Of a stretch of 64,000 bases of DNA, positions 1 to 15,455 are shown piece after piece (within the stretch, counting starts at the first letter, position 1; every line of letters starts with the position of its first letter). Both the position numbers and the translations under genes were made by a program. A model generated the notes under the pieces. The model was given only the letters and a program-made list of their open reading frames with translations, was not told the DNA's origin and ran no database searches. Source of the DNA: Piromyces finnis finn (taxonomy: Eukaryota; Fungi; Neocallimastigomycota); assembly GCA_002104945.1 (NCBI GenBank), contig MCFH01000027.1, forward strand, positions 434,001 through 498,000, given 5' to 3'.

Positions 1-2486
1 TTCAAAGAGTGTTTTTTTATTTTTAAAGTTCTTAATACTGAAATTACTTTTTAATTTTAAACTCCTTCCTCTATTTTCCTTAAATTGTTTATATAAATTA
101 TTATCATAGCCATCAATATTTTTATTCTGTCTTATATTTTCAGAAATGGAAGATATAGATGATGATATATTATGATTGATTTTTCGATTAGATGCTTTTA
201 TATTCAAAAAGGAAAAGGTCATAGCTATTATACTGGAAGCAATAAGTGCTTCTAACTCATAATGATATAATTTTGCTATTTTATCTGAATCACAATTTTC
301 ATGATTTATATTATTTACTATGTTAGAATAGGCTTTATCATTACTTTTATAGATAAAATTGTTTGTTTTTAATTTTTCTTTTAGTAAGAATCGAAGATTT
401 GAAACTATTGGAATTAAATAATATGGCAATTTTTTTACACACGATTCATTACTATTTAAAATTCTTAAATATTCATCAAAAATGATTTCGATAGAACCAT
501 TAAATAGGTTACTATTTTCGTAAGGATATATATTTACATTTTTGGAAATGAGAGTAGTATTATTTCTTAGTATTTCTTCTATTTTGACTGGTTTATCTTT
601 TTCATTATTTCTTATTTTTAAAAGTTCATACATTCTCTTTCTTATATTTTGTGTTATATCCCAACAATTCGATCTATTAACGTCTTCAAAGTATTGGTTA
701 CATTCAAATTGATTATTTATTAAAACTAATTTTAGGATTTTTTTTTTTTTTAATTTTAAATATATAATAATAAAAAATATTGGATTAATATAGAATAAAG
801 CATATGTTTTTTTCTACTATTTTAAATAAAAATTATTGGATTAATATAGAATAAAGCATATGTTTTTTTCTACTTTTTTAAATAAAAAATATTATTCATT
901 ATAGTTATTGTAGTATAAACTAATTGTATTTAATTGTATTTACCATTCATAATTTCTGGGTAGAGGCATCCAGAGTTATAACTACTCAAAATATTCTTAT
1001 CTAGGGATAAGACTTTGGAATTACCATTAATATCTTCAAAAATATCGGTATTATATTCATTTGTTGATGATAAATAATATTGTCTTACAGAATTAATTAA
1101 AGTTAATTTAAAATCATCTGTACTAGACCAATTTGTAAATATATTTTCTATAATTAATTTTTGTGTATCTGTGAGATCGGTGTATCTACTTGTAAATGTT
1201 TGGTTTCTTGGTCTTTTTGTTTGAGTCGCATTATCTAATATAAAATTAACAATATGTTTATAGATAGGATATTGAATTGAATTTGTATTTTTTCTAACAT
1301 TTCTATAATTTTTGAAATGCTGCTTTAATCTGGGATAATTATCAATTTTGAAATAATCATTTCCACATAAACTTGCAAATATTGGTAACATATCATATGT
1401 TAATTTGAGATTTAAAAATATTTCTTTATTTGTATATAATTGATATTTAATAATAAAGTTGTATTCATCATTGATATTTTCATTAATCTCTTTTGGGAAT
1501 TCTAATGAATTAAAATTAATATATCCAGGTGTTTTATAAATGAAAAAATCGGAATCATTACTTAAAACATACCTTTTTTTTTTTTTTTTTTTTGATATTT
1601 ATGTAATATATATATTTTTACATATAAATGAGTATATTTATTATTTAGTTATAGTATTATTATAAATGATACTACTGAGTAAATTAAATATTTTCAATAA
1701 TATGTAGTTAAATTTTTTTTATAAAAAATACATTAGTATCAAATAATATTTAAATTTTAAAAATGTAATTACCCATTATATTTATTTGCCAATTCCGCAA
1801 TATATTTATCAGCTTCCAATAAAGCGAATTTCAATTCAATGCAATGATATATTTTTTGTGCACCAAGTAAAAATTGCATAAATGTCATAAAAGACAAAGG
1901 TGATGGTGTTATACTTTTTGGAAAATTCTTTTCTTGAAATTCTTTAGAAACAATTTCATTGTAAAAATCCTTTATTGAAATAATTTTTAATTCACGTCTC
2001 TCTTTTTCAGTTTGATTTTTTATATTAATATTAGCTCCATCAAAAACAAATATAATCTTTTCAAGATTTTCAATAGAAAGAAGGAAATTTAAATACTAAA
2101 AGTTTTTTATACAAAATTATTAATTGGAAATGTTTATTAAAGTTTAATATATTATTATAATGCGTTTTAAGTTATATAAATTAAATAAATAAATAAAAAA
2201 AAAAAAAAAAGAAAAGAATATAGGTAATAAATACTTTTTGACTTAACTCGATAAGATTTAAACTTTCATAAGGAAACCAATTAAATTTATCTGCTATAAA
2301 ATAATAAAATGAATAGCCATCAATGACCAAATTTACAGAATCATTTTTACTGGCATTTATGGGAAATTTAAAAATTTGAGAATCTTTGCAATCTAGACAT
2401 TTAAATAATTTTCTATCAAGTTTCCAAAATTTATAAGAAGGTCTGATATTTGTGGTAATGTACTTATTTAAACCTCTAACACCCAT
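1..2486 (-). CDS. ASTE1: Asteroid/ASTE1-like XPG-family PIN-domain nuclease; 3' end runs off the window
   Basis: ATG at 2486 (MGVRGLNKYI...LVIDGYS). Exons join in frame at GT-AG introns: 2486-2235, 2095-1773 (IFVFDGA...EADKYIAELA), 1572-~946 (YVLSNDSDFF...LPIFASLCGNDY, H3TH-like), ~725-<1. These motifs match the XPG/Asteroid PIN family. Confidence 0.85.
779..890. repeat. Tandem duplication of ~55 bp inside an intron
   Basis: ttggattaatatagaataaagcatatgtttttttctact...taaataaaaaa occurs twice head-to-tail. Confidence 0.8.
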
Positions 2487-5400
2487 ATTCAATTGTTTTT
2501 TTTTTTTTTACATAAAAAATAAAAATTTCAATAGTGAAAAGAGAAGAAAAAAAAATTTATATTTTAAAAGATTTTTATATTCTTATTAATTTTTTTTTTT
2601 TTTTGAAATACTTTTATAGTTAAAAATTAATAATAATATGTAACAATGTAATATGTAATATTATATAAAAAAAGTACTTTTAGTATTTATTTCTTTCTTT
2701 TGTTATTATATATAGTTGTTATTATTTTTTTTTTTTTTTTGAAAAGAAAATAACAACATCAATATTAGGTAGGTCTTATAATTGTTATTTAATATTTTGT
2801 GGGTAAATGAATGGCTTTATTTTTTAAATATCTTCAATTAAATATAGAAAAACAAATAACTAAACAACAACAACAACAACAATTAATATTATTATAATTG
2901 CATTAATTTTATTTGAAATTTAATAGCCAATTTATTATAATAAAGCTATAATGGAACAATAAGTTTTTATTTAAAATATTTTTAATTTGAATAGATAGTG
3001 TAATATTGTTGTAATTATAATTATTAATACATAACAATATTTTATCCCTTTATACTATTACTATTTCTATAATATGTATTATACATATATTATTTTGTCC
3101 TATCCTTATTACATTCTATAAGTATTATATATATTTTTTAATTTTTTTTTTAACAATCTATATTATTTCAAATTGCTAATTTATATATAGACTAAACATT
3201 ATAGTTTTATAGGAAAAAGTCATACTTTGTTTAAATTTTTAAAAAACATTTACTTATAATTGTATCTTTTAATAATTTCTTTGTAGTCTTATTAAGACCT
3301 TTTATGTACTAAAACAAAATTATAATTTGATTTTAATACATTTTGTTTAAAAATATTTTTTAAAAATAAAATAAGAATCAAAGCAAAACAAACAATTTTA
3401 ATAGTGTGGTGGTCATATAAAATATTTTATATTTATCAACGATTTAATTATAAAAAGAATATAGTATAATAAAAATTATATTTCAAATAATAAGATTTAT
3501 TAAATAGCATAATAAAAGAATAGATATTAATGAATTATTTCTTTTTATGAACAAAAGAGATAAAAAAAAAAAAAAAGATCATATTGAATAACTAGATAAT
3601 ATTATGTGGATAATAATTAATAATTATAATAGTTTTTAATAACATCCTAAAAAAGAAAAGATAGAAATACTTTTAAGATTTAGTTTAGAATATTAGAATA
3701 TTTGTGCAAAACTCATAGATTTCTTAAATCTATTAGTATGATTTTCTTTTATATGAAAAAATATTAATATCATAAAAAAGAAAATAACATTAATAACATT
3801 TCTTACTATTAGTATTTCTTTTCTTTTTTTTTTTTTTTAAAAATTCTCATTTCAACATTATAGAAATGAATAAAATGAATTTTATTTGTTTTTTTCATTT
3901 TACTACTATTAATAAAAAAAAAAAGAGGTCGGTCGGTGTGTAGGATGAATTATTTATAATTGCAATTAAAGAACTTTTTTTTTTTACTTTTTATAAAGTG
4001 TATTTTTAATATTTTGATAGTTCTAGGATTACTAGCCATAAATACATAATTATTTAATTATAAATTGGCTTAATATTTATTATAATATATATTTTTAAGC
4101 CATATTTAATTTTTTAAAAAGGTTTTGATACATTTTTTTAACAAAAATTTCTGATGTGGAAATTGATCGACATTTTTATTAATTAATTAATTTAAAAAAA
4201 AAAACAAAAAATAATTTTTTATGGAAAATTTTTTAATTAATTTTTTTTAATTTAATTTTTATATGTCAATTTAGTTCTTTTTTTGGTAACACGTTTCAAA
4301 ATAGATTATTTTTAATATTAAAATTTGGCCAATAAAATAAGTTTATAATTTATTTATGTATTTTTTTCATAATCATCACAATACCATGCATAATCATGTG
4401 ATATATTCAATTTTAATTGATTCTTTTTTATTTTAATTAAAAAGTTAAAAAATAGAAATTAAAAGTAGTAAAAAAAAGTTTTATACCTAAATTATTATGT
4501 TTTCCTCTCCCTTTTAGTTACTTCAATTTTGTATAAACATACCTTTTTTTTTTTTTTGACATATTCAATTAATGGTAATATTACTGGAGTGCTAAAGTAA
4601 ATATTGGATTTAATGGTGATTATTTATATTGTTTTTATTTTATTATTTATAATACTATTTTATTTTAAAAAGGTTGTCAACAAGATCATTTTAACCGTTT
4701 TAATTAATAAATTATTTAATTTGCATTGAGAAAATTTATAAAATGATACAATGTTATTATCCATTGAATCGAATGAATAATAAACTATATTTATTATTGA
4801 AAGATATTAATAAAATGATGATTTTATTAATATTATCATGAATTGAATAATAAAAATTATTCTATAATAAATGTCAAATTACAATAATGAAAGCTAAACT
4901 ATTTAAAATAAAGATAACAAGTAAGTCTAAACCATCCAAAATAGTAAAAACAAAAAAAAGATACTTTGTTGAGGAAAGGAATTAAAAGAAAATACTAACA
5001 AACAATACTTAACAATGACTATTGTTAGGAAATAAAAATTGGTATTTAATTTTTTCCAATCTAGGATTATTCGTCACCATGTTCAAAAAATTAATTAAAA
5101 GAAGAAATTAATCCATTATATAATATAATATATTAAATATTATATATTATAAATAAATTACAAAATATATCAAATTGTAATATTAAACTATTAATAATCT
5201 ATATAAAAATAAATATATATTAATAATATATTATACTAAATTATATAATATAATTATTTAAATTATTGATCAAAAAAAGAAATTTAATAATGGGTACATT
5301 TTATAATTAATTTATAATTGTACAACTTTTAGTATATTATAATTTAATATTATTTGTTTTAATGGTGTAACAAATGCAACAAAAGAAAGTTGATAGATTA

Positions 5401-5731
5401 ATATAAATAAAATAAATTGTATCAATATATTAAAATTAATTAATAGCATGATTTAATAAATGTTACACGAATAAATTATTATTCTAAATTCTAATTAAAT
5501 ATTACATAAAAATTTAAAACTTTAATATATTAGAATTATAAAATAATAAAAAGTAAATTATTTATTTTATAATATATAAATATATAATAATTAAAGTTTA
5601 TATAAAAAAGTATGAATTAAAATTTATATTAAAAATGTTTGATATAATATTTAATATACAATAATATTAATTAATAAAATTAATATTATAGAATTAAATA
5701 ATCTTATTTGTTTCATTGTTTATAATAAATG

Positions 5732-5971
<240 letters not shown>

Positions 5972-6751
5972 TGAATTTTTTAAGAACACAATTAATGATG
6001 ATTTAAATTTTATTTTTTTCTTTTCTTTTTCTTTCTATTCTTTTTTTTATTTTCTTTTCTTTTAATAGTCCAAACTTTTTCATTTTTTATTTTCAATTGT
6101 TATTTTTTTTTATTTTTTATAATTCTTGATTAGATAGATTATTAAATAATTATGGACTGTACTAAAAGAAAAATATTATAAAGAATAATACAATGATTAA
6201 TAAAGAATAAATATAATAATTTTATCTTAATTTAAAAAAGAAATTCTGGTTTTAGAAAGAATTAAAAAATAAAAAAATATATAATGAAATAAAAACAAAT
6301 AATAACAATACAAGTAATAGGAAAAAAAAGAAAAAGTTAATAAATAAATAAAAAAAAAAATTGAAAAGAAGTATATATAACATATAATATTTATGTTATA
6401 TAATTAATAAGGAATTTCATTATAAACTAATTTATAATAAGCAATACAATTTATAATATCGTATTGAAAATTTAATAATATTTGTAATATATAATCAATA
6501 TTTGAATAATAAAAGGAAATTCAATAAAACACAAAATTACTTTGTAGTTTCACTTTTCCACTTTTTGATTTTTTGATTTTAAGATATTATAGACAGTAAA
6601 TAAAAAATACATATAGGTTTTATTTATTTATAAATAAATAAAAGTATATAAATATTATAGTTGAAAAAGAGGTTTTTTTTATAATATAAATAAAAGCTCT
6701 TTTAAAAAAATAATTTAATAAATTCAAAATATTTAAAGTCATAATATAAAA

Positions 6752-7916
6752 ATGAATCAAAAATTGTTATTACCATATACAATATTTATTTCATTAATAA
6801 ATATAGTAAATGCTCAAGAGGATTTTAATCCTGATTCTATTTTAACACAAGAACAACCATTACCTGAAGAATGTAAGAATTTTATAAAAAAAATTATATA
6901 TTTATTAATTATTCTAATTAATAATTGTATTATTTTAAAATTATTAATTTAATTATTAGATAAAGAAACACAAAATGAAGCTGGTTAGATATCATTTTAT
7001 CCTATTATAATATATATTTTTATAATTTCAAAATTTTTAATTGTTGGAAAAAAAAAAGTTAAACAAAATAATAATTAATTATATATATTTTTTTATTTTT
7101 CAAATTTTATTTTTAATAATAAAATGTATTAATTATATTCAATAAGGATTCATACAAAAAGTTAAAAAATTTATAACTTCAGATAATGGTTTAATAATTG
7201 CTATATCCGCAGGAGCTGTTATTTTATTAATTATATTAACATCTATCATATATACAATTAAAAAAGTAAGAAAAGAAAAAGAAGAAAATCCATATATTGA
7301 AGCTTCTAAACAAGACTTTTACAATAGTTCAAATGGAAGTATGGCTATGAAATATGAAGGTATTCCAAAAAAAGAGGTAAGAAGTAGTGATAATACACAT
7401 CGTTTTAATATTGGTATTCCAACTGCTCAAGATGAAGAAGTTCCATTCCCTTCAAATGCTCCAAAAATTCATGCTAAAAACCCAACACCGTAAGTATTTT
7501 GGATTTATATATTATATAATCGTAAAGATTAATGTTTGAACGCTATAGTTAACATAATTGATTGGTATATTTCATTTCAATAATATTAGTATGCCTAATA
7601 TACGTATCAATGATGATTTAAGATTCGTTTCCAATAATAACACAATGAATTCAAACTACAGTTCAAACAATAGAAACAATAACACAATGAATTCAAATTA
7701 CAGTTCAAGTAATAGAAACAATAATACAATGAATTCAAATTACAGTTCAAATAATAGAAACAATAACACAATGAATTCAAATTACAGTTCAAATAATAGA
7801 AATAATAATACAATGAATTCAAATTACAGTTCAAATAATAATACAATGAATTTAAACTATAGCCCAAATAATAGAATTAATAATACAATGAATTCAAATT
7901 TCAATTCTAATGAATT

Positions 7917-7947
<31 letters not shown>

Positions 7948-10640
7948 GTTGCATTCTTTGATACCGAAGATGATGAAGGCAATGATTACAATGCATCACC
8001 ATTTGAAAAGCTAATTAAAAATAAACCACAACCAATGAATGTATTTGATAGAGAAAGCAATCCAAATAGAACATCTTCATTGATCGGGGAAGATGATATA
8101 AATCGTTTGAATGGTTTAATAAATAACGAAAATAGTACAGATAGTTTCATTCAGAACTATTATGGTGATGGTAATAATGGAAAACAAAATGATAGTGATA
8201 TTCCACCTGAATTTAGAAATCTAAAGGATTATAGTGTAGTTCATAACTTTGTTCCACATCGTTTTGATGAACTTGAAGTTGAAAAAGGAAATATGCTAAA
8301 AATGGTTAAATCATTTGAAGATGGTTGGGCTTTATGTTTCAATACGAATACTAAGAAAAAGGGATTCATACCAAAAAATAAGCTACGTCTTATTGAAGAT
8401 GAATCTAAGTGGAACAATAATCAAGGTAAAGATATAATAATGATAGTATAAAAAAATATATATATTAGAAGATTTATTATTAATTATATATAATAAATTT
8501 GTATCCTATAGCAGAAGGTATAGAAAAGAATACAATGAATAATGAAAATGTAAATGGCATAACAAATCAACCAAATAATCCTCTGGAATTAAATCAAAAT
8601 ATCAATGACAATAAAGATATAATGAACAACAACAATAACAATAATAGCAATAACAACATTAGCAGCAATAATAATAAGGCTGATCATCCAATTGAAAAGG
8701 ATAAAATAAATAATCAAGCTATTAGTACTAATACTAATAATGATGATGGAATAAAGGTTATACCAGAATTTGATAAAGGCAAATTGATATTACAAAAGAC
8801 TGATATTGAAAATAATAAGAGTTTTAATCAAGTTGTTATTGAAGATAATATGGTCAGTTATGATTCATGCCATGTTATTATTGACTATACAGATACTTCC
8901 ACAAGTTTCAATACTTCCAACTTAAATAATTCCACATTACAAAGTCCAAATGGATCTAACGAAGAATCATCTATTGGTCGTAATGTATTAGTAGATAGCT
9001 TATTAAAACCAAGAAACTTTGTACCAACTAAATCAAAACTACAAAGTATGGAATTTGGTTCTGAAATGGATGATGATGATAATGATGATGATAACAACGA
9101 AGATAATGAAGAAAATGTTGATGAATCCGTTGATGAATATCCAAATGATAATTCTTTGTCAGATGCATCAGTACAACAACTTTCTTTAGGAAGACAACTT
9201 TTATCCTACCAAACTACTACTGAACAAGTAGGAAAGCATCAAAGAAAAAGATCAGCTTCTCAACCTCTCTTACCATCCGATGATATAGTTTCCCCATTAC
9301 CAATGAATAAAACAAGACCAAGATCAAAGTCTCAAGGTAGAATGAGTTTTTATGATGAGAATCGTCGTAGAAGTAATCGCTTGAGCGGTTTCAATAGAGA
9401 CTCCCAATTAAGTATTGATACAAATTTCAATAGAAATATGGTTGAAGGTAGAGGAAGAGACGTAAACCCAAGATTTAATGATAATAGAGATAATTTCAAT
9501 GCTATATCACCAAAAAATAATTATAACTATATGAGTGAGCCAAGAAGAAAGAATACTGATTTTGATGAAATATCACCAAAGCCTAACTACGATACTGAAC
9601 CAAGGGGTAGAGATGAACGTGAATTTAATAGAGATCCAAGATTTGAAAGAAATGAAAGAGATTACAATCCAAGAATGATGAGATCTCCACAACCAGGTGA
9701 ATACAGGAATAGAAGTAAATCAAGATCACCTAGTAGAGCTGGCGAATACAGAGGTGATTTAAGATCCCCATCTAATGCAAGTAGTTATAGAGGTGAACCA
9801 AGAACACCAACAGGAAATCGTAGTTTTCGTAGTGAACCAAGAACTCCAACAGCAAACAATAGTTTTAGAGGAGAGCCAAGATCCCCAAGAACACCAACAG
9901 CAAACAATAGCTTTAGAGGAGGAGAACCAAGAACACCGAGAACACCAACAGCAAACAATAACTTTAGAGGAGGAGAACCAAGATCCCCAAGAACACCAAC
10001 ATCAAACAATAGCTTTAGAGGAGGAGAACCAAGAACACCAACGAGTAATAACAGTTTTAGAGGAGGAGAGCGTGAACCAAGACTCCCAACTCAAAGCAGT
10101 AGTTTTAGAGGAGGAGAGCGTGAACCAAGACTCCCAACTCAAAGCAGTAGCTTTAGAGGAGGAGAGCGTGAACCAAGACTCCCAACTCAAAGCAGTAGCT
10201 TTAGAGGAGGAGAACGTGAACCAAGACTTCCAACTCAAAGTAGTAGCTTTAGAGGAGGAGAACGTGAGCCAAGACTTCCAACTCAAAGTAGTAGCTTTAG
10301 AGGAGGAGAACGTGAGCCAAGACTTCCAACTCAAAGTAGTAGCTTTAGAGGAGGAGAACGTGAACCAAGACTTCCAACTCAAAGCAGTAGCTTTAGAGGA
10401 GGAGAACGTGAACCAAGACTTCCAACTCAAAGTAGTAGCTTTAGAGGAGGAGAACGTGAACCAAGACTTCCAACTCAAAGCAGTAGCTTTAGAGGAGGAG
10501 AACGTGATCCCATGCTACCAACTCAAAGCAGTAGTTTTAGAAATGAAAAAATTAAACCCGTAAATGAATATTATGATGAACCAAGAAACCACATAAACTA
10601 CAGAAATGAGCAAAAACCTCAATTCTACAACCAATTCTAA
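6752..10640 (+). CDS. Type I membrane protein with a cytoplasmic SH3 domain and a long repetitive tail (~1150 aa)
   Basis: Exons 6752-6872, 6960-6983, 7147-7489, 7590-8425 and 8512-10640 sum to 3453 nt, in frame. Signal peptide MNQKLLLPYTIFISLINIVNA, TM segment LIIAISAGAVILLIILTSIIYTI, SH3 domain YSVVHNFVPHRFDELEVEKGNMLKMVKSFEDGWALC...KGFIPKNKL. Confidence 0.85.
7640..7890 (+). repeat. Coding ~42-bp tandem repeat (NNRNNNTMNSNYSS)
   Basis: About 5-6 imperfect copies visible in DNA and protein. Confidence 0.85.
9780..10550 (+). repeat. Coding minisatellite: degenerate RGEPRTPT units grading into ~10 copies of a 48-bp unit (RGGEREPRLPTQSSSF)
   Basis: 48-bp periodicity from ~10057 to ~10540, visible directly. 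Confidence 0.95.
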
Positions 10641-11076
10641 TTTTATTAAGTATTGATTATTTTAATAAAAATAAAAAAAAAAAGAGTGGGACCAAAAAGC
10701 TGAAATATATTACTTTTAATAAAATAAAAAAATCATAACAGAAATAATAATTATATATTTATAATTATATTTTTCTATTTTCCAAAAAAAAAAAAAAAAA
10801 AAAAAAAAAAGCACCATATATATATTTTGTATTTTAAATATTACTAAAAAAAAAAAAAAAAAAAGAATAATCATAATTATGAACTACTCTTTTTTTTCTT
10901 AATTTATATATATCATGCTTTTTTTTTTAAAAAAAAAAAATTATTCTATTTGTTGTTTATTTGTTAATATTTATTAAAATAAATATATAAAGTTTATATT
11001 ACTATAAAACTAAAAATAATAATAATAAAAAAAAAACTAAAATAAAATAAAAAATTAATATATATAAATTAAACTA

Positions 11077-11107
<31 letters not shown>

Positions 11108-12296
11108 AAAAAAAAAAAAAAAAAAAAGAAAGAAATTTAAACCATTTTTAAAGTCAAAACGAGCTTTTGTTGCTCTTTTTTAACTTTTTTTTTTTTTTTT
11201 TAAAATATATATAAAATATAAACTAAAAATGTAAACTTTTTTTTTTTTTTTTACAAACATCATCTTGGGAATGTATCTTTTTTTTTTTTGAATTTCCTTG
11301 AAAGGTTCTATTCAATATTCATGGTACTAATGGATCCATTCCATATTCCATACATATAATTTAAAAAATAAAAAGATTTCACTAACCATTAACACTTTGT
11401 AATTTTTTTTTTTTTTTTTTTTTTTTTAGCTAAACATCTTCCTATTAATTAATAGGTTTTATTAGTTGATATGATTTTTTCCAAGAAATCTAATCATACC
11501 ACCTATTACAAGTATTGCAAGTATTTAGGTGTACCTTCTAGCAAAAAAAAAAAAAATTTTATAATGAAAGTAAAGTCCTTCAATAGACGAACAATAAATT
11601 TTCTTAATTCAAATAAAGAAAATAGTTATTATATATACATTTTTCCTTGAAGAAACAAAATAATAAAAAAATTTACAAATATTTATTTTTAAATTCTATT
11701 CCTTGGATGTATACAGATAAAAAATATTCAATTTATATCCAAGGATAATTTCAAATTTAAAGTTAAAAGTAAAATAAACTTGAAAATAAGTTTGATGAAG
11801 CATGATATATAAACTCTATTTAGTGTAATATAGAAAAAAGACAGGAAAATAAAAGTTTTTAATATTTATTTATTTTTTTTTTTTCTTTAGAGAGATTAGA
11901 ATAGTAATCCTTGAAAATTATTATTCTCATTATTACACCTTTCTAAACTAAAAATCAGGATATATACCTGTATTTTTTTTTTTTTTTTTTTGATCGATAA
12001 AACGTAAAACTATAGTGTAACTAAATAATTATTTTTTTTTTAAGATTTAATGTTTATCTTTCTTATTAGTCTAACAGTTTCTAAGAGATTGTATGATAAA
12101 ATGAACAATCAAAACTAATGGATAGAGACAAAAAAAAAAAAAAATTCTTGTTGATTGCCTACCATAACAGAAAAACAAACAATTTATATTTAGTTAATTA
12201 TATTGAAAAAAAAAAGAACTTTCCATCCATAGATTAATAATAAGTTATTCATTATCATATGAAAATTAAGTATAACTCATTATAAAAAAAAAAGAG

Positions 12297-12505
<209 letters not shown>

Positions 12506-15365
12506 AACAAAGTTAATCATAGTTTATTAAATATTTATATTAATTAATGATTAATAAAATAAAAAAAAAAAATCTTTTTCAAATAACACTTTATATTTTT
12601 TTTAAAAAAAGTGGTAAATTTTAATCTAATTAATTATTAAGTTTTTTTTTTACCATTTTGATTTAAATTTGTATTCATCCACATTTTTCTGTATTTTTAT
12701 AAAAAAAAAAAAAAAGAAAAAACCATTTTATTTTTTACAGAAAAACTGGATGTTATAATATACAAATATATATATAGCATTCATTCATATATATATATTT
12801 GTATATTGTTAATACATTTTATTTTTAAATCTATTTCTTATTAATATTTTCCTTAATAATCTTTTCTTCCTTTTCCTTTTTTCTTTTTTTTTTTTTGTAT
12901 CTTTTGAGAAATTAAAATGGTTAAAGTTACAATAAAATCCGTGTACCACAAACAATGATACGATTAATTAAATTTGTGTTACCAGACTTAGGTTTGTCTT
13001 TTGGTATTGTGCTACGCTTTTCCTAGAAATTTTTTGAGTTTGACTTTTTTAGGCAATAAAAAAAATTATTAGAAACTCCACATTTTTTGAAAAGAAATTT
13101 AAAAAGAAAATATTTGTTTGTCAGCATAATTAAGCACTTTTTTCAATGTAAAAAGAAAAAGGTAAAAAAAAAAAAAAAATGAAAATAACAATTATATTTT
13201 GTACCTAATGCTTATTATCTTTATTAAAAAATATGATAATAATTTTTTTTTTTACTTTATTATTAAGGCTATTAAAAATTAAGATAATAAATTTTTTTTT
13301 ACTTTAAGGCTAAAAGCTCAGATATTAATAATTAATATTATTGATATTAACAATATTATTAATAATAAATATTAGTAATGATATTAAAAATACTTTTTAT
13401 ATTACTTTAAAGTTAACACTACCATTTCAATATTATTAATATTACTTTTGCATAGATTACACTTTGGTACAAACAAATCCAAATCAAGTCATTTTTTTTT
13501 TTAAAGCAAATACAAACGATTTAATACATTAATGTAATTGTAATTAATGTATTTATAATTAATATTTATTTACATTTCAAAAAAAAAAACAATACTAATA
13601 AAATTTAATATAAAAAAATTTTCCATTATTTATTTTTTTTATAAAAAATTAATAGGTTCACTTTGTTTTATTTCTTAAAATGGAAATATTAATATTAAAA
13701 CAATATTAAATAAAGTTTAGAATCATTGGGAAAATTAATTGTTTTAATATATTAAAATTTAAAATGTAATAAAAATTTAATATAAAAATAAAATATATTA
13801 TGAATTAAAAATATATTTATTAAATTATTTTTGGTATAATTTTATTCTATTTATATTATTATCCATATATTATCAATTAATATTAATATATATTAATATA
13901 TTAATTTAATTAAAATTATATTATATAAAATAAAGTAAAAAAAAAATTTTTTTTTCTACATTATTAATGAAACAAGACATACTTTGTCAATGATTTAAAG
14001 AGAATATAAAATGCACTTTTATAATTATTGAATGTTGAAGTTGTAGTATTAATATTAAAAATTATAATTATTATGAAGATGATGAAATTATTGTTTTTTT
14101 CTTAAAGATTACTTTATTTTATTATTCTACCTTATTAATAGATAAAAAAAATATTCCTAAATAAATAAATAACAAAATTCTAATTAAAATGTTTTTTTTA
14201 TTTTAATTAAAACAAATAAGGTGATATTAATAGAATAAAAAAAATTTATGTTGGTGGAAAACTTTTTTTTATATTGTTGACTATTTTTGAAATATAAATG
14301 AAATTTATTACATTAATTTACTAAATAGTGGTGATTTATTTCTTTTTTTTTCTCTGTAGACCTAATAATATAAGTAAATAATTTTCCTTTTTTTTATTTA
14401 TTTATTCTATACACATTATTTTACTATCATTATCCTCTCACCATTATACCAGATTTAGTTATTGAATGTCATTTTTTTATTTCTATATAATTAATAACTT
14501 TATTTTATAATAAAAATTTATTAAAATATTTTTCCATATTAAATTTATATTAAAAATATTTAAATGTTTAAGGAAGCTTAAAAAGTCTAAATTAAAATTT
14601 CTATTCTTGTAAATTTAATTTGTACAGTCCAACTCTATCCATTTTCTTCTTCCGACTACTTACTTGCTTATTATTTAAATAAATGAATGATCTGATTACA
14701 CCTTTTATAACTACTATTTATCATTGAACAATTTAAGTATTCAATGTAAATTGAATTAAACCTATTATTAACCTCCGATATGTCTTTTTGATATGAAACA
14801 AAACTATTTTAAAAAATATATATTATATAGATTAATATATATATACTTTTTTTTTTTTAAAATCTTAAATCTATTAATAGTAATTTATTGAAAAAAAAAA
14901 AAAAAGATGATAAAAATTGAAAACTATTTGTTTATGAATAGTGTATGAAATTATATTTGTCCATAATTTAATTTTAAATTCTTTTTTAAAAAAAAATCTA
15001 TAAATAGTTGATTATAACTGTTATATTTTTATTATATTTTTTTTTTTAAATAAAAAAAAAAAGTTTTATTAATTATTGAAATTCAACCACGGCTAAATTT
15101 TCTATATTATACTAAAAAAATTTATAATAAAATTATACAAATAAAAAGTACCCTTGATAATCTTTTTTTTTTTTTTTAAAAAAAAAAGATAAACTTTAAA
15201 ATTATAATTAAATTATTATTAAAGACATTTGGAATATTATAATTCTAATAGCTTAATTTGTAATTCAAAATAAAATTTATCTTTCTGTTAAAGTATAATA
15301 TTTTAATTTTACGTTGAATTATTGTAATTTTTAAGAGTTTTTAAAGTATTTGAATTTTTTTCTTT

Positions 15366-15455
15366 TAACAAAAAACTTTTTACTGGATAAATGAAAGTAG
15401 TAATATTCTTATTAACAAAAAACTTTTTACTGGATAAATGAAAGTAGTAATATTA
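15366..15455. repeat. Tandem duplication of ~46 bp
   Basis: ttaacaaaaaactttttactggataaatgaaagtagtaatatt occurs twice. Confidence 0.85.

Noticed and set aside
9775-10563. Alternative-frame and antisense ORFs over the 48-bp repeat
   Set aside because: By-products of a stop-free tandem repeat inside the real CDS
14600-14800. Slightly GC-richer patches that look like decayed coding sequence (also ~4560-5090, ~12900-13140 and ~17980-18240)
   Set aside because: Multiple stops in all frames and no recognisable motif, so they cannot be called pseudogenes or ncRNAs from sequence alone
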